Positions 1 through 13,189 of a stretch of DNA of 64,000 nucleotides are shown here, one piece after another (positions within the stretch are counted from its first letter, which is position 1; each line of letters begins with the position of its first letter). The notes under the pieces are model-generated. The model did not search any database and had not been told where the DNA came from. It saw only the letters and a list, made by a program, of their open reading frames with translations. Source of the stretch: Octopus sinensis (Eukaryota); contig NC_043008.1 of the NCBI RefSeq assembly GCF_006345805.1, forward strand, positions 70,494,001 through 70,558,000, in the 5' to 3' direction. A program made the translations under genes and the position numbers.

Positions 1-39
1 CAACTCACTCACTTCTTGTGTGCATATGTATGTGTCTAT

Positions 40-50
40 AAATATACATG

Positions 51-122
<72 letters not shown>

Positions 123-152
123 TATACATATAGATAGAGAGAAATTGATAGG

Positions 153-194
<42 letters not shown>

Positions 195-319
195 CACACA
201 CACACATATATACAAACACACATATATAAGCATATATGTGCATAAATGTGTATATACATATAACACATACATACATACATATATATATGTATATATATGC
301 ATATACATATAAAGATGTA

Positions 320-374
<55 letters not shown>

Positions 375-395
375 ATAAAGTGTGTGTGTAAATAC

Positions 396-445
<50 letters not shown>

Positions 446-600
446 AATTACAGAAAGTGAGTGAGACAGAAACATAGACTGAGAGAGTGAAAGAGAGTAA
501 AAGAGAGAGAAGGAGAGAAAGAAGTAGAGAAAGAGGGAGCTAGAAGGTGAGAGTGAGAAAGGTAGAGAGAGAAATATACATATAAGCGTATGCATTTATT
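40..600. repeat. Compound microsatellite (TA)n/(CA)n/(TG)n/(GA)-rich
   Basis: Direct reading; produces the spurious YI/CV/SL ORFs. Confidence 0.95.
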
Positions 601-1121
601 TCCAACATAAGTCTTTATTAATTATCTCACTTTATTCTTCGTTGTTCAATAGTCAGCCTCAAAAGTTGAATAACGTTTTCCCTGAAGCACAAAGAATCGC
701 TAATTTCACTTTATTATCTCCTTATTTAATCAGCTTAATGTACTTTCTCTCGTTTGTGTTTCACACGTATCTCCTTCAGATAATCGAGTAACAGACATTT
801 CATTCGCTAAATGCATATATTAAGATAACTTACTTTAGTTTCTACAGAATATGCTACTCTATGCACTTTGTTACTTCATGCATGTATTTCTATACATACC
901 TATTTACATAGTCTCCCATTTTTGAACACCTTACAATTTAACATTGTTATTTGTCCTATGTCCTAATCCTTCTCTCACCTATATGATTCCGTTTGTTACA
1001 AATCAAATTTTAAACGAAAATGTGTTTCCTTATTATACGTTATTATGTGGGTTCCTTTATAATAACTATCTTTTTATCAGTTTCCTTTCTTGGATAAATT
1101 TGCTAAAACGAATCCTCGAGT

Positions 1122-1275
1122 GCTGGCATAGATGTGTGGTAAGAAGTTGGTCTCACAACTGTGTGGTTTCACGTTTAGTTCGAGTGCCATATTGAACAAA
1201 ATGTCTTCCACCACAGATTCAGAGTGATCAACGTCTTGTGAGTGAATTTGGTAAAATGTAAACTCTGTGGAACCA
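1122..1275 (+). mobile_element. SINE family A, degenerate 5' half
   Basis: Similar to better copies at 20165 and 38551 (gtgtggtaag...ttgtgagtgaatttggta). Confidence 0.65.
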
Positions 1276-1324
1276 ACACACATGCACGCACACTCACTCA
1301 CTCACACACACACACGCACACACA

Positions 1325-1485
1325 TATGAGGGTTGTTGAAAAGTTCTTGGCTTTAAGAGTGTCGTGAAAGGCCTCCTTGGAGTCCCAACTTTCCGAGTTC
1401 TTTTGCAGGGCTTTGGATAACCGAAAGACCACTGCAATAAGTGTGTGAATCTGAAGAGAGAATATTTCGAATAAAATCATAACTG
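1325..1485 (+). mobile_element. Mariner deletion derivative (TIR-like start plus transposase C-terminus)
   Basis: Starts TA-TGAGGGTTGTTGAAAAGTT; ends HCNKCVNLKREYFE*, resembling the mariner C-terminus RWxKCVxxxGxYxE. Confidence 0.65.
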
Positions 1486-1492
1486 ATAATAG

Positions 1493-1532
1493 GCGCAGGA
1501 GTGGCTGTGTGGTAAGTAAGTAGCTTGCTTAC
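1493..1532 (+). mobile_element. SINE family A head only (40 bp)
   Basis: ggcgcaggagtggctgtgtggtaagtaagtagcttgcttacca, then an abrupt switch of sequence. Confidence 0.8.
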
Positions 1533-2500
1533 CACGCAAGCGTGAGTTTGTCAGTCACTTACGAGAGTGAACACCGTCAAGACGTGCTTAGGAACCGTCT
1601 TGAATTAAAGAACCGTTGAAGGCGCGACTGCAAGGTAGGCATCTGTCTTTTTAAGGATTCGGTGGGGAATATTTATTTTTTTAGATTGTTTTTTTTTCTC
1701 GAATAAGAAATCCTCACTGGTTCCTAGACATTTGTCTGCTACGGTCGTGTGAGAATTGTTGTTTTGGTGGGTGTGTCTCGATACCAAAATTTGGAAAATT
1801 TATGAATTCATGAAGGAAGTTTTGTGTCCTGCGACGATGAACTGGAGTACCTGTATTCTTGTGGATTTCCTGAGTGGCGGTATTGTGTTGCCGTGAATTG
1901 AACTGTCTTCCTTCGTTCTTTTTCTCTGCTCTGTCTTTCTATTCTTTTTTGTGTTTTTATTGGACTTTATATTTGGATTTTGTGTTGAACAATTTTCTTT
2001 ATGTTTTTCTTTTGCAAGCATGGCAAAAAGAAAAACAAAACACTGTATTGGAGTGGCAAATTGTGACCCCCTAGCAGTGAGACAAAACTTTAATGAAAGA
2101 ACGGTGGTGTTGAGGACATATTGTAAGTCCCTCGACACTATCACTGTGTTCTCTCAGGCGGATATTGAAAAGGTGTTGGCAAAATATCTGCCAACTATTA
2201 AGTTTATTACAAGGGGTGTCAAATATGCAACGGTGTGGTTGCTGTTTGACACCTCTGGGGAGGCTCGAGATTTTGCGAGCCAACCCTTTGAAGGGGAGAA
2301 AATTCTGTTTCTCCCCACATATAGTGAGAGGAAATTGACAAGAGCTTGGGTGTGTGGGGTGCCACACGGAATAGAGCCCGAATGGATAGAAGACACTATC
2401 CGTCGGGGTCTGAGCGGCAGCAGAGCCAAGCTCTTAAATGTCAAAATTCTACCTGCGGCTGATTGGGTTGGGTCGAATGATTCTATGATTTCCAGCGCCG
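1533..2500 (+). mobile_element. Tx1/L1-group LINE 5' end: 5'UTR plus N-terminal ORF1, 3'-truncated
   Basis: About 490 bp leader, then an uninterrupted non-repetitive frame from ATG 2020 resembling Tx1-type ORF1; cut off before a SINE at 2525. Confidence 0.6.
2020..2480 (+). pseudogene. Tx1-like ORF1 (gag-like/RNA-binding) N-terminal fragment
   Basis: MAKRKTKH...RTVVLRTY...LPTYSERKLTRAWVCGVPHGIEPEW; the last codons of the track ORF run into the SINE. Confidence 0.55.
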
Positions 2501-2524
2501 AAATCGTAATGACAAAAATATTCT

Positions 2525-2921
2525 TTTCTACTCTAGGCACAAGACCCGAAATTTCTAGGGAGGATGGGGAATTCGATTAGATCGATCCCAGTACGCAACT
2601 GGTACTTAATTTATCGACCCCGAAAAGATGAAAAGCAAAGTCGACCTCGGTGGGATTTGAACATAGAGCGTAAAGACAGACGAAATACCTATTTCTTTAT
2701 TACCCACAAGGGGCTAAACACAGAGGCAACAAACAAGGACAGACATAGGTATTAAGTCGATTACATCGACCCCAGTTCGTAACTGGTACTTAATTTATCG
2801 ACCCCGAAAGGATGAAAGGCAAAGTCGACCTCGGCGGAATTTGAACTCACAACGTAACGCAGACGAAATACCGCTAAGCATTTCGCCTGGCGTGCTAATG
2901 ATTCTGCAAGCTCACCGCCTT
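2525..2921 (-). mobile_element. SINE family D, dimeric form with internal tandem duplication
   Basis: tRNA-like head aaggcggtgagcttgcagaatc at 2921; body gtcgactttgcctttcatcctttcggggtcgat present twice; two different tail modules. Confidence 0.9.
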
Positions 2922-3048
2922 AATGATAAGAATATTCCTGACGAAATAGGTTTATTCATGTCTATTTATTGCCCTTTAACTTAATTACTACACATGCTTT
3001 GCCCTGTTTACTAAATACAGGAACACACACGTGCATGTATGTATGTAC

Positions 3049-3109
<61 letters not shown>

Positions 3110-3129
3110 CATATATGTATGTATGTATG

Positions 3130-3260
3130 ATGGAAGACAGGTGTATGAACAACAAACAAGTGTATCAGTTTGACGTTCGGGAAAATGAAAAAGTCTTATA
3201 CCTTTCAGCCTTCGCTCTTCAACAGAAAAGAATAAGAGAAAATAAACAAAGAATGAAAAA
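3130..3260 (-). mobile_element. Penelope-like terminal fragment with degenerate hammerhead-like motif
   Basis: Minus strand ctgttga-agagc-gaag-gct-gaaaggta at about 3196-3229; same family as 58139-58220. Confidence 0.45.
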
Positions 3261-3316
3261 TACTTGTAGATTTCAATGGTCCATCCATGTATGCATGTAC
3301 GTGCGTACGTACGTGC

Positions 3317-3347
<31 letters not shown>

Positions 3348-3548
3348 TGTATGCATGTAGTACATATACGTATATGTATTGTGTATTTATATATGTGTGT
3401 ATGTTTGTATGTATGAGAATGTTCGTATGTATCTCTTATACCCAACTCCCTACACGAGTACATTTCTATACATGCAGACAGCCCCTTAAAAATTATTTTC
3501 TTCTTCTCTTCATTGGACTGTATTCTTTCCACCACCTTACCTCCTACT

Positions 3549-3584
3549 TTTTGTGATGAAGTGCAGGAGTCCGAAACGTTAAAA
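3549..3584 (+). ncRNA. Degenerate hammerhead-like motif
   Basis: tttt-GTGATGA-a...gtcc-GAAAC-GTT-aaaa; C3 mutated, stem II broken, stem I tttt/aaaa. Confidence 0.4.
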
Positions 3585-3726
3585 ACCCTTTTCTTTTCCT
3601 TTCAAGCTTTATAGCACCCTTGTTAAAAATTGTTTCCTTGTGGTGGTCTTTCTTGATTTTGTTTATTCATCACATACATAAATACACATACATATACATA
3701 TATATACGTTTGTATATCTGTGCGGG

Positions 3727-3771
<45 letters not shown>

Positions 3772-4129
3772 GCATATACACTCACATGCACACACACACG
3801 TGCACAAACATACACACATACATATGTGTTTATGTGTATAAATATGCATAGATACAAATGCACGCACACACATACCTATTAGTAGGGTAGTAGATGGTAA
3901 ATCGTTTTTTTTTTGCAACATCGCAGAATTGTGACAACTGCAAACAAATGTAAACAAGTGCGCTTCTTTTTTTCTTTTGGAGAGAAAGAAAATGTCATTT
4001 GTTTACAATTATCGCAAAACAGTGATAGCTCCAATGCGCTAAGGAAAAAAACATTGTATCTTGCTCCGTACGACAGAAATAATAGAAAATGAAGGTTGTT
4101 TAGCACATAGTAATATACATGCGCACACA

Positions 4130-4201
4130 TACACACACGCTCGCACGCATGCACACACACGCACGCACGCACACACACCACAGAGATAGATACATAAGTA
4201 A

Positions 4202-4286
<85 letters not shown>

Positions 4287-4585
4287 TATATATATTATAT
4301 AGATGATATTGATAAATTTATAAATATAGATATACACGCATATATAAGTGTATGTATTTGTATATATATATTATGTATATAGATATACATATATATACAT
4401 ATGCACATATATGCATATATATGTATATATGTATAAACATATATACAAATACACACACATACACACACATATATTTATGTGTGTTTGTGGATATTTGCTC
4501 TCACAGGCATATACGTACTCACGTGCACACATCGACGTATATGCCGATATGTGCCTATACACATACATATAAACCTATACTCGTG

Positions 4586-4642
<57 letters not shown>

Positions 4643-4650
4643 ATGTGTGT
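4130..4650. repeat. Compound (CA)n/(TA)n/(TG)n microsatellite
   Basis: Direct reading. Confidence 0.95.
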
Positions 4651-5102
4651 ATAAATATGTATGCGACCCTTATTGTACAAAGTACAAAGCGTTCAGTTTT
4701 TTCTTGAATATGAAGAAAAATTGTAATGAAAAACTCCTTGCATTTCGAGCAATGAAAAGGTGAAGTAAAACTAGTAAAAGAAAGCGAAACTAATATTAAT
4801 ACAAAGGCAGATAAAAAAAATATGAAAAAGAAAGATCAATACACACACACACACACACACATGCACATTCACACACATGCACAATCACACACACAAACAC
4901 AAAGCACACACATACATACAACACACACACGCACTTATGTGTGCACACCTAAACACGCATACGCGCGTAGATAGATTCTGGCAATCAAACATAAATAAGT
5001 AACCACATAAATAAATGGCTATAACTGTATGGATCAAAAGCTATCAAGCTTTTGATATACACCCCCCACTCACGTACAACTTTATGTATACACGTATGCA
5101 TT

Positions 5103-5209
<107 letters not shown>

Positions 5210-5282
5210 AAGATAGATAAACAGATAGATATGTATATGAAAGAATAACCTCGTGATATTCATTCATTCACACACACACACA

Positions 5283-5326
<44 letters not shown>

Positions 5327-5399
5327 ACACACACACACACACATATATATATATGCACATACATATACCATGATATATATGGTGAATATCTCAGGAAGC

Positions 5400-6790
5400 A
5401 AAAAATAATGATATAAAATACATTAAAATAGAGCAGTATACGATTAACGGCAGAAATTGCCTGAATTGAAACTAAATGGAATGGCTAAAGTTAGAAAGGG
5501 TGATGTTGAAATAGATAAATTAGCTGTTATAGTAGCTGTGATGAGTTTAATCCTCCTCCGGTTTTAACTTTCATACTTGCAGTAGAAGGATTTCGAGTTA
5601 GTATTTATTTGATAGGCACCCAGGCAATCTATTCCAGTGTACAGAATGTCCTTAAAGTGTTGTTTGCCTTTATAAACAATATCGGGCCTAGCATTGATAT
5701 AGTTATCAAATTAGGTTAAACTCATTAAAACAATACAGTTTTAGAATGAGATAACCTGAAAGTTTTTGTAACATTAATCCACGGATTATATCTTTCATGA
5801 GTTTTCCAGGGAATATCAAATATAATTCCTCGATCTTTCAGTTTCCAAACATATTTCGATAGAAGGTTAGGTTTCTCTTCTTATGTTTTTGTAGGTCGAT
5901 TAATAAGTGAAAGCGTTGAAATAGCAACATTCAAATTTATCCTCCATCATGCACTCGTTACACACACACACACACACACACACACCACACAGACACACAC
6001 ACACACACACACGAAGATGATCTTGCCTCACAGGCAATTGTTTCAGCATTGCTGGCTGATAGAAAATGTATAACTTTTTGTGTTGGTTCAGTTGTGTGAC
6101 TTGCAGTTATCTTTATGTTTTGTGTAAAAATATAACTTTGTTTCAAATTATATGTTGACCTAATCACTGTAACTGTGTTTAATGACTGAGTCTAAAAGAT
6201 ACGCCACATTACATTTATCTTTCAACGAAGACAGAGGACTGAACCAGATGACATTCCATTTTTTTTTTCAGTTGATGAATAGTAGAATGATAGAGGTATA
6301 TATAATTTTATCTTCATGACCGCAAACTGTTAATACGTTGCTGAAATAAGGTGGAGCTTTATCAAAGATCTCTTTTCCTTTCGATAAGGTAAACATACTT
6401 TTGCCAATATTTCTTATTGAATTTATTAAAATTTTGGATGGGTGACCGGAATTTATATTGACATACACGAGTTTCATCTCCTGGTTGATTATGATACGTA
6501 AGAAATTAATTGCGCGCTCGTCTGTGGACATTATTTTAAGACTTAGGTACTGACAATATTTTCCCCTAATTTTGTTGAGTTCGAGGATGTTGCCAGGCTG
6601 AAGTAGGACCTGCCTATTGTCTCTGAATAGACCTATATCTATGGTCAAGAATTTATTCTTAAGAGTATCCAGAATATGCAGGCTGACAAGATGATACTCC
6701 TGCGCAGTAGAACGATCTGATTTGGATATCGAACAAATTTTCTGAGTCCTATACAACTAGACAAAATTTTTGTTGTAAAGTAAAGTTTCT
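5400..6790 (-). mobile_element. Penelope-like retroelement remnant (RT C-terminus/thumb, linker, GIY-YIG C-terminus), interrupted by (CA)n
   Basis: ORF 6268-6756 has IGLFRDN...INFL...YVNINSGHPSKIL...IFDKAPPYF (PLE GLYRDD/NFLD/YVxxxSxHP); IWKLKDRGI near 5830-5860 matches PLE endonuclease C-terminus. Confidence 0.8.
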
Positions 6791-6843
6791 TCTTATGCTT
6801 AATAATTATGGTGTTACACACACACACGTACACTCATATACAA

Positions 6844-6996
6844 TGAGCTTCTTTCAATTTCCATCCACCAAATCCATTCACAATTCTTTGATTGGTCAGA
6901 GGCTATAGTAGAAGAAACTTGCTCAAGGAGCCAAACAGTGGGACTGAACCTGGAAACATGCGATTGAGAAGCAAACTTCCACACAGCTACGCCCTG
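6844..6996 (-). mobile_element. SINE family A 5' half
   Basis: gaggctatagtagaagaaacttgc...gtgggactgaacctggaaacatg. Confidence 0.8.
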
Positions 6997-7399
6997 ATAA
7001 GTCAATTTAATCTCTTTGATCTTCCCTTGGGATGTGTATATATATATTTTCATCCAACATGGAAACGAACACCATTCATTCAAGTGATCAGCTTGAACAA
7101 TTGTTTAAGATATCATGACATTTTCTAACATGAAACCAATGGTAGCCTTAATACACAAATAAAAAAAAATTTACCCACCAATGCGATGTTGAGCACTCAT
7201 TCTTGTCGTTCGCCATTTACGTGTGTGTGTGTGTGTGTGTGTGTGTTGTGTGTGTGTATGTGTGTGTGTGTGTGTATGTGTGTGTGTGTGTGCGTGTGTG
7301 TGTGTGTGTGTATAAATTTCTAGAATGCTAGTGGGTAACTACATCTAGGAACCGATGAACTCGACAATGTCAAATTGAGAGATCTTCAATCACATTTAT

Positions 7400-7900
7400 A
7401 GTTGATATAGTTAAAACAGCCAATCCGTGTGATATCTTAATTTCAATGATAGAAATTCGTTGCTTTTCTCATCCTGTAATGAATATTCTTTATGAATGAA
7501 ACTGATTTCACTCTTATCGGGGTGAAATAATTTGGATTATGGATTAGATGAGAAATTTTCCAAATGGTCTTTGACAGTGATATATGGTTTTGCGTTTAAC
7601 TAAGCGTTCATATCTATTATGAAGTTTAAGTGAACGCGCTATAGTTTTTGTGTCTTTGTTTCTGCTGTCATGAATTTGTTAGTAAAGTTTTTATGCTTGG
7701 GTGTAAAGAAATTGAATAAAAGTTAATTGCATACGTCAGATCTAAACTTGATTACAAATATATTTTTTTAAGAACTAAAGCAAGTCTTTGGAAGAACGTA
7801 AAATGTGTGTGGATAGGTTTTATATATTTAGTGACTGTTAGTTACATAGGCTTATCAGAAAATACGGATATTGGAAATCAGTTTGATTCCAATAAAAGTT
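7400..7900 (+). mobile_element. Very decayed LINE ORF2 C-terminal remnant (I/Jockey-like)
   Basis: VK*FGLW.DEK and AYVRSKLDY motifs in broken frames. Confidence 0.4.
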
Positions 7901-8129
7901 TGGCAAAGAAATAAAAGAAATGCTAACGATTTCCAACTTCAATAATGAACTTTTAAGAGTTATTCAAAAGGAAATGAATATTAGACGATTACAAAGCAAA
8001 GAAAATTATTATGTGAAAGTTTATGGAAGAAGAAAACCGACAAGACGCGTTAGACAGTTGTAAAACTAAGTAGGACGTTTCTTGTAGTGGGAATGAAGGC
8101 TATACGTATTTTATGCGGTTGGGGGAGCA

Positions 8130-9300
8130 CTAGAAGTGTATTTGATGCTAAAAATTTGTTCGTTAAAAACGCATCGAGAAAGAGCTTTCATTATAGTAGG
8201 GACTGAATCTTGTAAGGGTTTGCTTATTAACTGGGAGTTTATACAATTCAAGAAAGATATTTTTGACCGCATTATTAAAAATGGTTCCTGCGTTTATATA
8301 GTTCACTGTTTTTATTTGGTATCCGTGAAAAGTAATATAGTGAGCGACGTCGAATATTCTCCAACCACATTACCTCAAAATAAAAACTGAAATAGAGAAA
8401 GAAAGACTGGTTCTACTGCAAAATATTTTCCATATTATTTAACTTTCAGTTTTCCCGTAGCTCATGCATTATCTAATTTTTAATAAGAACACAATGAAAA
8501 TTTACAACTATTTATGCCGGAGCCGTGTCTGGTTTTATCAGCCAGATCCATGTACCAAGCCTTTTATCAATTATCATTTCATGAATCCGAATGCATAGCC
8601 ACTAAAATCTAATTACATTGCAAGTAATATGGCTTACCAAGGCACTGGACAAACTATCAATTCTTTTCACATACACACCTGTCTCATCTCTAGTAGTTTT
8701 AAATTATTCTTCAATAATCATATTCATACATTTAACAAATCTTAGCGTATATCATGAAACCGCTTTATCTTGTTTAATTTGGGAATTGAAAAACAATAAT
8801 TAACCGTAATTTCTAAAATGAAGCATTTTGTCTTTAGTTAAGTGGTATTCCAGAAACAACGGAGCTTGTAATATCTACTTATGAATTTATCAACAGCAAT
8901 ACCGAAGGGATATATTTTTGCAACTAAAGAAGCTTTAAGATGTATATCGATTATAAATCAAATTCTTATCCCCATAAATAAATGGCTGTATGTATACTTA
9001 TCAATGTTCTTTTAGTATTTTTAATCATATTGCCTTACCTGCAACGGTTTTGATGTTAATGTACCCTACTTAATTTACCTCAAATTATTAATTTACACTA
9101 TAACAATAATTATTTAATACTCACTTTACATCAGACTACCCTGATCTACCTTTAACATCCAATTTTATCTATACTATTTTTTTCCCCAACTTAGTAACCT
9201 TACTTGTTCAACTCCTAAATATCAATTATGGCTCCGTTCCTGAAATATATTAACTATGTAAATTCATTAGTTCAACAAAAGGACTTTCTTCAGCTACATC
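8130..9300 (-). mobile_element. Very decayed LINE remnant
   Basis: RT-like traces (SVVSGIP); 8160-8300 is homologous in inverted orientation to 13190-13330. Confidence 0.35.
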
Positions 9301-9308
9301 ATGTTTGT

Positions 9309-9690
9309 TGGCACTCCGTCGCTTACGACAACGAGGGTTCCAGTTGATCCGATCAACGGAACAGCCTGCTCGTGAAATTAACGTGCAAGTGGCTGAGCAC
9401 TCCACAGACACGTGTACCCTTAACATAGTTCTCGGGGATATTTAGCGTGACAAGGCTAAATATTTGAATTACAAAGGCTGGCCCTTTGAATTACAAGCAC
9501 AAGAGAAACAGGAAGTAAGAGTGAGAGAAAGTTACGGTGAAAGAGTACAGCAGGGTTCGCCACCATCCCCTGCCGGAGTCTCGTGGAGCTTTAGGTGTTT
9601 TCGGTCAATAAACACTCACAACGCACAGTCTGGGAATCGAAATGACGATCTTCCGACCGTTGCCCTAACCACTGGGCCATTGCGCCTCCA
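9309..9690 (-). mobile_element. SINE family B, near full length
   Basis: tRNA-like head ggaggcgcaatggcccagtggttaggg...; colinear with 37577-37967. Confidence 0.9.
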
Positions 9691-10461
9691 TACAAAATTA
9701 ACAGATGAAATTATTTGTAAAGACAAGAAGGAATCGACCTTACTTTTGTAGAATAACTACTCTAAAACTAGTTGAGTGGTTTAAATTAATCCAGAATAAG
9801 TAGACCACTAAATTTCTTAAGTTGGACATTTATGAATATTACTAATCCGTCTCTCAATCGTTATTAATGAAGGCACTCACTTCAACAAAATCGATCACTA
9901 ACATTACACTCTGAAGTAGATATAAGATATTTTCCATTTATTTATTTAATTCCTATAACCTGTTAATGATGTAACCTACAGCTTCTCCATCAACAATACG
10001 GCTTCAGCTTTCACACCTTCTTAGTTTTGCCTCCTAATTGTTCTTCTGCACTCTCCTCTCCTTAAACTTCGATTCATGCATTATTTAATTTTGTAATGTT
10101 CTGTGATCTCTTAAATTCTGAAAACTTTATGGTACTTGCCCAGCGATATTTATTTCCCTTTAAATAACTCTTAAAAATTCTCTACAGAAATTAGAAATCA
10201 TTAGCACTTTTTCTCTTTTATTTCTTAGACTCTGAATCTAATATCTACGTTAAAATCAACAGATCGTTTTAACAAACCTTTATTGGACTCAAACTAATTT
10301 TCAGTCAGTTTATATTTTAATAACCCAGCCTAACTAACATTAACAATATACATAAAACTACTCATTTATTTTTCACAGAAACTTCCTCTTTTCGTTCTTA
10401 TTTAAATCAATCCTAGGTGGCAGCATCATTACAGAAGTATACGCACGCGCACCGCAGTCTC

Positions 10462-10497
<36 letters not shown>

Positions 10498-10843
10498 ATT
10501 TCATTAGAATATTTCCTTCCGAAACATTAACTCATTAGCCCAATAATTGATTTTTCTTTACTTTTTCTTATGTTTTTTTCCGTACCCCCAATTCCCCCAG
10601 TTTTCTTTTCTATATTATTTATTTTACTGCTCCAATAACTAGATTATGTCTTGTGAGAGTGATTCAAAGTTTATTTTTTCTGAAAGTGCATTGCAGTTAC
10701 TTTTTCTTAGCAAGTAAATACTTCTCCGTCTACCATTTGCTTGTTTCAGTCATTAGACTGCAGCCATGCTGAGGCACTGTCTTCTTGAAGAGTTTGTAGA
10801 GTTGACCTCAGAACTTACTATATATATATATATATATAGATGA

Positions 10844-11165
10844 GTGAAGGTGCAGCGTCGAGCTTACGATCGTGAAGTTGTGAGTTCGATTACGGATCGG
10901 GCTGCGTGTTGTGTTCTTGAGCAAGACACTTTATTTCACGTTGCTCCAGTTCACTCAGCAGTAGAAATGAGTTGCGACATCACTGGTGCCAAGCTGTATC
11001 GGCCTTTGCCTTTCCCTTTGATATAACATCGATGGCGTGGAGAGGGGAGGCTGGTATGCGTGGACGATTGCAGGCCTTCCATAAAAAGCAACCTTGTCCA
11101 GACTTGTGACACGGAGGGAAACTTTCTAGGTGCAATCCCATGGTCATTCATGACCGAAGAGGGTC
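10844..11165 (+). mobile_element. SINE family C
   Basis: Colinear with the inverted copy at 21796-22131; head partly deleted. Confidence 0.9.
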
Positions 11166-11277
11166 TCCTCCTCATATATAGATATATATAAATTATTCTT
11201 TCAGTTCCATAAATATAAACCTGTACATACTTATGCGTGTATATATATGTGCATATTCATCTCTCCATCTCTTTCTT

Positions 11278-11510
<233 letters not shown>

Positions 11511-12182
11511 AGTAAACATATGTGCCTAATCTGTTTATTTATATATTTACATTTACTTTTGACTTCACTTTGATTTATCGTTTTGAATCTTTGTTGCTCC
11601 GAGGCAGCAAATTCGAGGATATTTATGTTCTCTCCATGTTGTAGCAAATGGCTGACAACACCCATTGTGACTCTCTTTGTTTCCATCTCACGGTTCCAAA
11701 TGAACAAACCCCTCATTAACATCACAAATTTTTAAATTTTAAATTATATATTTTATATTTAACAATAGGGGCAATCTATTTCTAGCACCACCACAACCAG
11801 GCAAGTCCTAAATCTCCCCTCACTTCCACTATTATGAGGCTCCCTTTAACTTAACACCTTTATCTTTTACAACTGCTTTATTACTTTATTACCATCACTA
11901 CTCCACTCCCTCCCATTTTTGTTAATCCTGGCCAACCTTGGTGGTCATTTGACATCTGCTGTTCTTCATCTCCTTGTCTATCCATCTCTATATATGCATC
12001 CAAATCTCTCTCGACTAGCATACACGCATTATACTGATTAGTATATATATATATATATATATTGTTATATTTCGGAATGGTCATTTTGCCAGTTTAGCCA
12101 ATAAAAACACACGCACTATATATTTGGTGTTACTTTGCTTCAGTGTTATTTAGTTTTTACTTTAATCTTAATCTTATTTCGG

Positions 12183-12218
12183 CCAAAGTTCTTTCGTCAC
12201 ACTCCTGTGACCGCATCA
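12183..12218 (-). ncRNA. Truncated hammerhead-like motif
   Basis: Minus strand (a)TGATGC-g-gtcac-aggagt-gtgac-GAAA-g-aa-ctt; perfect 5-bp stem II but altered core. Confidence 0.4.
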
Positions 12219-12529
12219 TATATCTACTCTACCAATCCGCCTGTCTTTCCTCTTGACTAGAATATAATATTCCTATCCTACCCTCGTTCCTTCTCTATTC
12301 AAACTGGAACTGCTAACTTTCACTATTCCTCGCCATGAATTACCATCCAGCATTCTCATTTGAAGCTGCTATTGGATATTACCTATAACCATATTCTTTA
12401 TTTGACCATAGACCTACCTAATGCATTCCTATTTTACTCGGACTCTTCCCTCATTGTCAACAAAATGGAATACACTATTATACTCGATTGTGAACTTTCC
12501 CTCGCTTTTACATCTCTTCGACTTTTCTG

Positions 12530-12619
12530 TCTCTCTGATGACGGTGTATTCAGCCTATGGAATCCTTTCTCAACATGATGATCCACGCACTCGACTATTC
12601 TAGAAACAGTTATAAGAGA
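12530..12619 (+). ncRNA. Degenerate type I hammerhead with long stem II
   Basis: tctct-CTGATGA...GAAAC-agtt-ATA-agaga; 5-bp stem I tctct/agaga, G16.2 changed to A. Confidence 0.5.
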
Positions 12620-12731
12620 ATCCGTGTATCTATATTCTATAAGTTAAATATCTTTTCAAGTCATGCCAAAAAGTTTGCCTTTTCATTTTTACTTTAATCT
12701 CTCCCTCTTTCTCTAGATATATATATCCGTG

Positions 12732-12774
<43 letters not shown>

Positions 12775-13189
12775 TGTGTGCATGCATGTAGATAAATCAG
12801 AATGTAGATTCCAGTAATTACATGGTCACGATAATTTGAATTTTTATGCAATTAAGCAGAGTGTGCAGTTCGCTGAATTCACAGAGTGGGCGACATAATT
12901 CGAGATTTCAATATTTTGTTAGAAAATTAAGGCATGTTCAGGCATGTTCAGGATAACAATTTTCCTTCCACTGCTACGAATCTCGTACTTTCTGATTGGT
13001 ACAATAATTCAACAGTTGTTAAACAACGTGGTTTGTTGTTAAAAGCTTGAAGTGCGTTAGTAACTGAAGGAGAGGTCTAAATTTACAGTGTCACGGCAAA
13101 GTTTATATCAGTGGTTATGGAAATGTACGTATATTTATCTATGTTTTACCAAGCGGTTCAGTTTTAGAGCAAGTGTTCACATAATTGGA

